In this document: positions 57,669-64,000 of the stretch, in pieces
Layout of the letters: every line of letters starts with the position of its first letter
Numbering within the stretch: the stretch's first letter is position 1
Origin: Porphyromonadaceae bacterium UBA7572
GTDB taxonomy: Bacteria; Bacteroidota; Bacteroidia; Bacteroidales; Muribaculaceae
Direction of reading: 5' to 3'
NCBI GenBank assembly: GCA_002476625.1
Contig: DLLC01000070.1
Location: forward strand, 39,651 to 103,650
Length of the DNA: 64,000 nucleotides
The notes under the pieces: model-generated
What the model saw: the letters and a program-made list of their open reading frames with translations, nothing else
Told to the model about the DNA's origin: nothing
Databases searched by the model: none
Position numbers and translations under genes: made by a program

Positions 57669-60600
57669 AGAAACAGACATTATTAGCGGCAGCCCTCCTC
57701 ATGGGCTGGGGCGGTATGGCCATGTCGGCACAAGCCCCATTGTGGCTGCGAAATGCCCAAATCTCGCCCAACGGGCAAGAAATCGTGTTCACCTACAAAG
57801 GCGACCTCTACAAGGTGCCTGTGGGCGGAGGCCAAGCCCTTCAGCTCACGAGCCTGCCATCGTATGAAACCGCACCCGTATGGAGCCCCGACGGCAAGCA
57901 GATAGCCTTCGCCAGCGACCGCAAGGGCAACTTCGATGTGTATGTGATGCCCTCGCAAGGCGGCACACCCAGGCAAATCACGTTCAACTCCACGGGCGAG
58001 ACCCCTACCACCTTCTCGCCCGACGGCAAGTATGTTTACTTTTATGCCTGCATTCAGGACCAGGCCAAGAGCATCATGTTCCCAAGCAGAAGCATGGCAG
58101 AACTTTACAAAGTGCCAGTGGCTGGCGGACGCACCTCACAAGTGCTGAGCACACCGGCACAGGACGTGTGCTTCGACAAGAGCGGCCGTTTCTTCCTCTA
58201 TATGGACGTGAAAGGCGGCGAGGATCCTCTGCGCAAGCACCACACCTCCTCCATCACACGCGATGTGTGGCGCTACGACGTAGCCACCGGCAAGCACACC
58301 AACCTCACCAACCGTGGCGGTGAAGACCGCACGCCAGTGCTCAGCCCCGACGGCCAGACGGTGTATTTCCTAAGCGAGCGCAACGGCGGCTCATTCAACG
58401 TGTGGAAATTCCCCTTGAATAATCCGTCACAAGCAACGGCCGTCACCACATTCAAGGGCAACCCCGTGCGTGGGCTCTCCATGGCCAGCAATGGCACTCT
58501 CTGCTATTCCTATGATGGCGAAATCTACACGCAGGCCGATGGCGGCAAGCCCCAGAAAGTGGCCATCAAGCTTTTCCACGACGACGGCGACTCTATCAGC
58601 ATCATCAATTACTCCCGCGGGGCCACAAGCGCAGCCGTGTCGCCCGACGGCAAACAGGTGGCATTCGTGGTGCGCGGAGAAGTGTTTGTCACCTCCACCG
58701 ACTACACCACCACCAAGAAAATCACCGACACGCCAGAAGCCGAGGCCGATGTGTGCTGGGGACCCGATAACCGCACTCTCGTGTATGCAAGCGAGCGTAG
58801 CGGCAGGTGGCAGCTCATGAAAGCCACCATCAGCCGTAAAGAAGACCTCAACTTCCCTAACGCCACCATCATCAAGGAGGAAGTCATAGCTCCTGCCAAG
58901 AATGTGGACCGCAAGTCGCCACAGTTCTCGCCCGACGGCAAGAAGCTGGCGTTTATCGACGACGGCGAGCGCCTGATGGTGATGGACCTCAAGAGCAAGG
59001 CCGTGACCCAGGTGACCGACGGCAAGCAGTGGTTTGGCACCGAGGGCAGCTTCAACTACAGCTGGAGCCCCGACAGCAAATGGTTCGCGCTTGAATTCAT
59101 CGGCAACGGACGCGACCCCTACAGCGACATAGGCATCGTGAGCGTGAACGGTGGCAAAATCACCAATATCACCAACAGCGCCTACATCAATCTTATGCCA
59201 CGGTGGGTGCTCGACGGCGGTGCCATCATGTTTGTCAGCAATCGCTTCGGCCTGCGCAGTCAGGCCTCATGGGGCTCACAAGACGACGTGCTGCTGGCAT
59301 TCGTCAATGAGGAGGCCTTCGACCGCTACCGCCTCAACAAAGAGGACATGGAACTGCTAAAGGAAAGCGAGAAGGCTGAAAAGGCAGAGGCCGACAAAGC
59401 CGCAAAAGATAAAAAAGACAAGAAAGCCGACGCCAAGAAAGAGGAGAAGACCAAAGACATAGTGGTGGAGCTCGACAAGATCAAGGACCGCGTGATTCGT
59501 GTCACCCTCAATTCAAGCGACCTCGCTGGCTGCGCTATGAGCAAAGACGGTGATGTGCTCTACTACCTCTCAAGAGTGGAGAAAGACTACGACCTCTGGA
59601 AAATGGATCTGCGCAAACAAAGCACCCAACTCATCAACAAGATGAACACCAAGTGGGCCGACATACAGACCGACAAGGACGGGAAAAACTTCTTCATTCT
59701 CGGCGGCAGCAGTATGAACAAAATGAGTGGTGACAAGCTCACTCCTATCACCTATTCTGCCACCGTGAAGATGAACCGAGCTCGCGAGCGCGAATATATG
59801 TATGAAGACGTGCACCAGCAGGTGGCACACCGCTTCTACAACACCAACATGCATGGTTGCGACTGGGAAGGCACGATTAAACACTATCGTAAGTTCTTGC
59901 CACATATCAATAACAACTACGACTTCGCCAACCTCCTAAGCGAGGTGCTTGGCGAACTCAATGCCTCGCACACTGGCGGACGCTACTACCCCAATGGAGG
60001 CGCAGAACCCACAGCGCAACTCGGACTGCTTTTCGACTGGAACTATTCAGGAAAAGGACTAAAAGTAGACAAAGTGATTGAATACGGCCCATTCGACCGC
60101 GCTAAATCGAAAGTGCGTCCTGGCACCATCATCACCAAAATTAATGGTGAAGACATCACCATAGAGCATGACTATACCTCCCTACTCAACGGTCAGATAG
60201 GAAAGAAGGTGCTTGTCACTTGCAAAAACGCCACTGGCGAATGGGAAGAAGTGGTTAAGCCTATCAGTTTGAGCGCTAACAACGCCCTTCTCTACCGCCG
60301 CTGGGTGAAACGCCAAGAAGCCCTATGTGATAGCCTATCAGGCGGACGCTTAGGTTACGTGCACCTACAGCAAATGAACGACCAGAGCTACCGCGAAATC
60401 TACAAAAAGGTGCTCGGTGAATACAACAAAAAAGATGGTATCGTAATCGACACTCGCTTCAACGGCGGTGGCCGTCTGCACGAAGACATTCAAATTCTCT
60501 TCAGCGGCGAAAAATACCTCACCCAGGTGGTGCGCGGACGCGAGTCGTGCGACATGCCAAGCCGCCGCTGGAACCGCCCCTCCATCATGCTCCAGTGCGA

Positions 60601-60910
60601 GGCCAACTACAGCAACGCGCACGGCACTCCATGGGTCTATAAGCACACCGGCATGGGCAAGCTCGTGGGTATGCCAGTACCAGGCACCATGACCAGCGTG
60701 AACTGGATCACAATGCAGGACGAGAGCCTCATCTTCGGCATCCCCATCATTGGCTACCGACTGGCCGACGGATCGTATCTCGAGAATCAGCAGCTCGAGC
60801 CCGACATTAAAGTGGCCAACGACCCGGCAGTGATTGTCACCGGCCGCGACCAGCAGCTTGAGGCAGCGGTGAAAGAACTGCTTCGAGAAATCGACGCCAA
60901 GAAAAAATAA
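57665..60910 (+). CDS. Tricorn-like S41 peptidase
   Basis: PD40 repeats (WSPDGK), GELNASH, PDZ domain, DTRFNGGG, NYSNAH. Confidence 0.92.
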   Translation: MKKQTLLAAALLMGWGGMAMSAQAPLWLRNAQISPNGQEIVFTYKGDLYKVPVGGGQALQLTSLPSYETAPVWSPDGKQIAFASDRKGNFDVYVMPSQGGTPRQITFNSTGETPTTFSPDGKYVYFYACIQDQAKSIMFPSRSMAELYKVPVAGGRTSQVLSTPAQDVCFDKSGRFFLYMDVKGGEDPLRKHHTSSITRDVWRYDVATGKHTNLTNRGGEDRTPVLSPDGQTVYFLSERNGGSFNVWKFPLNNPSQATAVTTFKGNPVRGLSMASNGTLCYSYDGEIYTQADGGKPQKVAIKLFHDDGDSISIINYSRGATSAAVSPDGKQVAFVVRGEVFVTSTDYTTTKKITDTPEAEADVCWGPDNRTLVYASERSGRWQLMKATISRKEDLNFPNATIIKEEVIAPAKNVDRKSPQFSPDGKKLAFIDDGERLMVMDLKSKAVTQVTDGKQWFGTEGSFNYSWSPDSKWFALEFIGNGRDPYSDIGIVSVNGGKITNITNSAYINLMPRWVLDGGAIMFVSNRFGLRSQASWGSQDDVLLAFVNEEAFDRYRLNKEDMELLKESEKAEKAEADKAAKDKKDKKADAKKEEKTKDIVVELDKIKDRVIRVTLNSSDLAGCAMSKDGDVLYYLSRVEKDYDLWKMDLRKQSTQLINKMNTKWADIQTDKDGKNFFILGGSSMNKMSGDKLTPITYSATVKMNRAREREYMYEDVHQQVAHRFYNTNMHGCDWEGTIKHYRKFLPHINNNYDFANLLSEVLGELNASHTGGRYYPNGGAEPTAQLGLLFDWNYSGKGLKVDKVIEYGPFDRAKSKVRPGTIITKINGEDITIEHDYTSLLNGQIGKKVLVTCKNATGEWEEVVKPISLSANNALLYRRWVKRQEALCDSLSGGRLGYVHLQQMNDQSYREIYKKVLGEYNKKDGIVIDTRFNGGGRLHEDIQILFSGEKYLTQVVRGRESCDMPSRRWNRPSIMLQCEANYSNAHGTPWVYKHTGMGKLVGMPVPGTMTSVNWITMQDESLIFGIPIIGYRLADGSYLENQQLEPDIKVANDPAVIVTGRDQQLEAAVKELLREIDAKKK

Positions 60911-60933
60911 GCAACAGATATAACCCGAACAGC

Positions 60934-60974
60934 AGTGAGCGTCGAAACTAATGAATTTCGACGCTCACTTTTTT
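60934..60974 (+). terminator. Intrinsic terminator
   Basis: agtgagcgtcgaaa/tttcgacgctcact followed by T-run. Confidence 0.85.
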
Positions 60975-60995
60975 AAAAAAAACATCTAAAAGAAA

Positions 60996-61286
60996 ATGAG
61001 TTTACAAGAATTGATCACAGAAATCATAGGCTACACGGCATCCATTTGCATGGTGCTGGGCTATCTGCCGCAATTAGTGCGCACAGTGCGCACACGAAAG
61101 ACCGACGACATCGCCCTCGGCACATTCCTGCTCATGGGCATAGGAGGACTGTTTTTCTGCATTCAGGGCTTCCTTATCAGCAACTGGCCGCTGTTTCTCT
61201 GCAACCTCTGCACCACCTCGATGAGCGCAGTGGTTTTCGCCATCAAGATGCACAACGACTTCTTCCGCGACAAAAAGGATTCGTAA
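60996..61286 (+). CDS. SemiSWEET / PQ-loop transporter
   Basis: YLPQLVRTVRTRKTDDI; three transmembrane segments; 96 aa. Confidence 0.85.
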   Translation: MSLQELITEIIGYTASICMVLGYLPQLVRTVRTRKTDDIALGTFLLMGIGGLFFCIQGFLISNWPLFLCNLCTTSMSAVVFAIKMHNDFFRDKKDS

Positions 61287-61302
61287 AAATTCGGGATTGT
61301 GT

Positions 61303-62475
61303 TTAGAGGGATTTTGCCGTTTGGCGCAGGGCGAAATAGCCGAAGACACACGATAGGACGATGCCCGCCACAAACACGATGGCGGTGCTGTGCACAGGGT
61401 TGCCAAGCGCCACCAGCGGAGCCGTGAGCGCACCGCTCACGAATCCCATTGCGCCAAACAGTGCCGATGCCGTGCCCGCCTGCTTGCGTTCGCTTTCAAG
61501 AGCCATAGTGGTGGACGCAGTGAGGGTGAATCCCAAAAACAGCAACATGGCGCACAGCGCTATCTCGTAGGGCCAGAATCCCAAGTCAAGAAAGAGCACT
61601 GCAGCCTCAAGCACACTGAACACAAGCATACCCACGCAGCTCACTTTCACTCCAGTGGTGGCCTTCTTGAATTTTGCCGCGCCGCCTGCGCCCAATGCTA
61701 TGAACACTCCGTTCACCGACAGCGCCAGGCTGGCCTGCATCTGCCCTGTGTAGCCATAGTGGCTCAGTATGCTCCACACCGAGGCTATGTTGCCAAAAAG
61801 AATCACTTCGGCGGTGCACTGGTGAAGCACGTAGAGCACATACTGCCTGTTGCGCGCCACCTTCCCGTAGAGGCGGAAAGTGGCGAAGAGCGGACGCCCC
61901 GTGCGCCGCCCGTCGGGCAGCGACTCTCGCAGACAGTAGGTGCCTACGGCCATCAGCAGCCCTATGCCGGCAAGCATATAGAACACGCCTTGCCAGCCCG
62001 CCACGCCAGCCACCATGCCACTGGCTACAGGAGCCACAATCGGCGCTATGCCATTGATGGTGCCCGTAACGGCTATCACCGTCATCAGCTCATGACCTTT
62101 GAAATTGTCGGCAGCAATGGAGCGAGAAATCACGATACCGCCCGCACCGCCAAAGCCCTGCGCAAAGCGCAGCACGACAAACATCTCCATGCTCGTGGCA
62201 AACGCCACCGCAAGCGAGGCAAGAAAAAACAGCGTCACCGCCATAATGAGCGGACGCCGGCGACCATACTTGTCGCTTAGCGGCCCAAGCACGAGCTGAC
62301 CGGCGGCCAGTCCCGCCATGCTGGCGGTTAGCCCCATGTTTGCTACCGCCTGTGTGGAGTGGAAGTAGCTGGCCACCAATCCGAGAACCGGGCCAAGCGT
62401 GTTGTTGATCAGGGGTGCAAACGCAGTGAAAGCCCCCAACAATATTAACAGGAAAATCTTGTATCTTCTATCCAT
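61303..62475 (-). CDS. Bcr/CflA family MFS drug efflux transporter
   Basis: GQLVLGPLSDKYGRRRP, RFAQGFGG, GWQGVF, ESLP, AGTASALFG. Confidence 0.9.
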   Translation of the reverse strand: MDRRYKIFLLILLGAFTAFAPLINNTLGPVLGLVASYFHSTQAVANMGLTASMAGLAAGQLVLGPLSDKYGRRRPLIMAVTLFFLASLAVAFATSMEMFVVLRFAQGFGGAGGIVISRSIAADNFKGHELMTVIAVTGTINGIAPIVAPVASGMVAGVAGWQGVFYMLAGIGLLMAVGTYCLRESLPDGRRTGRPLFATFRLYGKVARNRQYVLYVLHQCTAEVILFGNIASVWSILSHYGYTGQMQASLALSVNGVFIALGAGGAAKFKKATTGVKVSCVGMLVFSVLEAAVLFLDLGFWPYEIALCAMLLFLGFTLTASTTMALESERKQAGTASALFGAMGFVSGALTAPLVALGNPVHSTAIVFVAGIVLSCVFGYFALRQTAKSL

Positions 62476-62492
62476 CAAAAAAAGCAGATTCA

Positions 62493-63362
62493 CTATTCTG
62501 CCAATGTGGCACCGCCAGCCTGCTTAAATGCCAAAGGCGACATACCCGTCATTTTTCTGAAAAACTTACCCATACTCGACTGGTCGGCAAACGCATATTT
62601 ATACGAAATCTCCTTCAGCGACAGACCGCTTATCAGAATCTCACGCTTCAGTTTTGAGACTAAAATTTGCGAAATCAGCTCTTTTGCGCCTTTTTCCGTT
62701 TTCTGCTTACAGATGTCGCTCAGATATTTGGTGGTGATGTTCAGACGGCTGGCATAAAATGCCACCTCGTGCTCACGGTCGCTATGATCCGACACCAGCC
62801 TCACGAAGTCGCGGAAATAGGTGTCGGCCATTGTATATACTGGCATATCGTCGGTATTGCCCGAATTCACCTCGCACTCCGCCATCACTAAAATCATGCT
62901 ACGGAAAATGCTGCCCGACAGCCCCACATAGTGCTTGCTGTCCTTCATCGTGTCGTACATGTAGAGGCTCTCCATCAAGTGGTTGAGCAGTGCCCACTCC
63001 TGCGGGTCTGTCACTCGCTTCACAGGATTGGCAAAAAGCACGCCCAGCATTTTCACCGGCACGCCCACAGTAATGTCGCGCGAGAAAGAGTCGGCGAGAA
63101 GCAGCACCCACGCCTTAAAGTCGGCCGACACATTCAGAATCTTGGTTTGAAACACTTGTGCGCCCAGCATACGCGACCCCTTTTCGATGGACACATGCTG
63201 CATATCGTTTTCAATTTCTGCCTTGCCCTCTTCGCAAAGCATGAGCATATTCATCCGCGACGCATCGGGAAAGCCACTGTCCTGGTAATTCTGCACAGAG
63301 GCATCGATATGGAATATGGCATAGCCATTAGTGCGCACTATCTGTTGTAGATCAATCATCAA
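62493..63362 (-). CDS. AraC family transcriptional regulator
   Basis: VAFYASRLNITTKYLS, LKEISY, FADQSSMGKFFRKMTGMSP. Confidence 0.9.
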   Translation of the reverse strand: MMIDLQQIVRTNGYAIFHIDASVQNYQDSGFPDASRMNMLMLCEEGKAEIENDMQHVSIEKGSRMLGAQVFQTKILNVSADFKAWVLLLADSFSRDITVGVPVKMLGVLFANPVKRVTDPQEWALLNHLMESLYMYDTMKDSKHYVGLSGSIFRSMILVMAECEVNSGNTDDMPVYTMADTYFRDFVRLVSDHSDREHEVAFYASRLNITTKYLSDICKQKTEKGAKELISQILVSKLKREILISGLSLKEISYKYAFADQSSMGKFFRKMTGMSPLAFKQAGGATLAE

Positions 63363-63524
63363 TTTGCATTTTTGCCCACAAAAATAGACAAAACCACGGA
63401 ATATTTATCCCTTTTATGCATCTTTTAACAAATTTGGCGAACAGAGAAAAACGCCAGTTTCGTGAATTGGCGGAAAATCTGTAACTTTGCACCCTAAAAT
63501 CAGATTTTCACAAAGAGAAGCTCC

Positions 63525-64000
63525 ATGTCCAATCAAAAGACTCCCACGGTAAAAATAGAAACGCTGGGCTGCAAGCTCAACTTCTCCGAGACGGCCACCA
63601 TCAGCGCCTTACTTGCCAAACGCGGCATCACCCCAGCTAAAGAGGGCGATGTGCCGGCGGTGTGCGTGGTGAACACCTGCAGCGTGACCGAGCTCGCCGA
63701 CAAGAAATGCCGCCAGCATATCCGTGGCCTCATCAAGCGCTACCCCGAAGCACTGATGGTGGTGACTGGCTGCTATGCGCAACTGAAAAGCCAGGAGATA
63801 GCCGCCATCGACGGCGTGGACATCGTGCTCGGCAGCGAGCAGAAGCTCCATATAGCAGAATATGTGGATCACTGGATGCAGCACCATCACAAGGAAGTGG
63901 CTGTCACCCCGCACAACCGCATCAGCCAGTTCAGTCCGTCGTGTGAGCGAGGCGACCGCACCCGCTACTGGCTAAAGGTGCAAGACGGCTGCGACTACTT
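63525..64000 (+). CDS. mtaB: tRNA t6A37 methylthiotransferase MtaB, 5' part (runs off the window)
   Basis: MSNQ...TLGCKLNFSET...VNTCSVTELADKKCR...VTGCYAQL...RTRYWLKVQDGCDY. Confidence 0.92.
   Translation, partial: MSNQKTPTVKIETLGCKLNFSETATISALLAKRGITPAKEGDVPAVCVVNTCSVTELADKKCRQHIRGLIKRYPEALMVVTGCYAQLKSQEIAAIDGVDIVLGSEQKLHIAEYVDHWMQHHHKEVAVTPHNRISQFSPSCERGDRTRYWLKVQDGCDY

Noticed and set aside
4211..64000. miaB, dusB, mtaB and tRNA-Leu as a tRNA-modification cluster
   Set aside because: Scattered over 60 kb in separate transcription units; ordinary housekeeping genes

Overview
Chromosomal window from a Bacteroidales bacterium, probably Muribaculaceae- or Prevotella-like. This is inferred from the many TAnnTTTG promoter elements, the Por/T9SS genes and the style of the C-terminal secretion signals. 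Housekeeping genes (GH97 3' end, tRNA-Leu(TAA), argH, miaB, dusB, rpoN, purE, ispG, ychF, partial mtaB, transporters, tricorn protease) surround three accessory blocks. (1) A GYF_2-CD225/dispanin + DUF2752 gene pair next to a stand-alone MmeI-like Type IIL restriction-modification gene. (2) A porT-porP-porKLMN type IX secretion core, preceded on the same strand by GT2, acyltransferase and phosphoethanolamine-transferase genes. (3) A divergently transcribed Wzx/Wza/Wzc/Wzy polysaccharide locus. The polysaccharide locus is the most unusual part. Its Wzc has degenerate kinase motifs and no tyrosine tail, it encodes an exported beta-helix protein and a twitch-type radical SAM enzyme, and it lacks an initiating transferase. 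It also carries a three-part chimeric pseudogene plus an acyltransferase bracketed by a mosaic 330-bp direct repeat. Two very large T9SS cargo genes of unknown function share an exact 18-bp upstream motif. Two candidate divergent sRNAs and several REP-like elements lie in intergenic DNA. No CRISPR array, prophage or transposase was seen. All calls come from reading motifs by eye; no searches were run.
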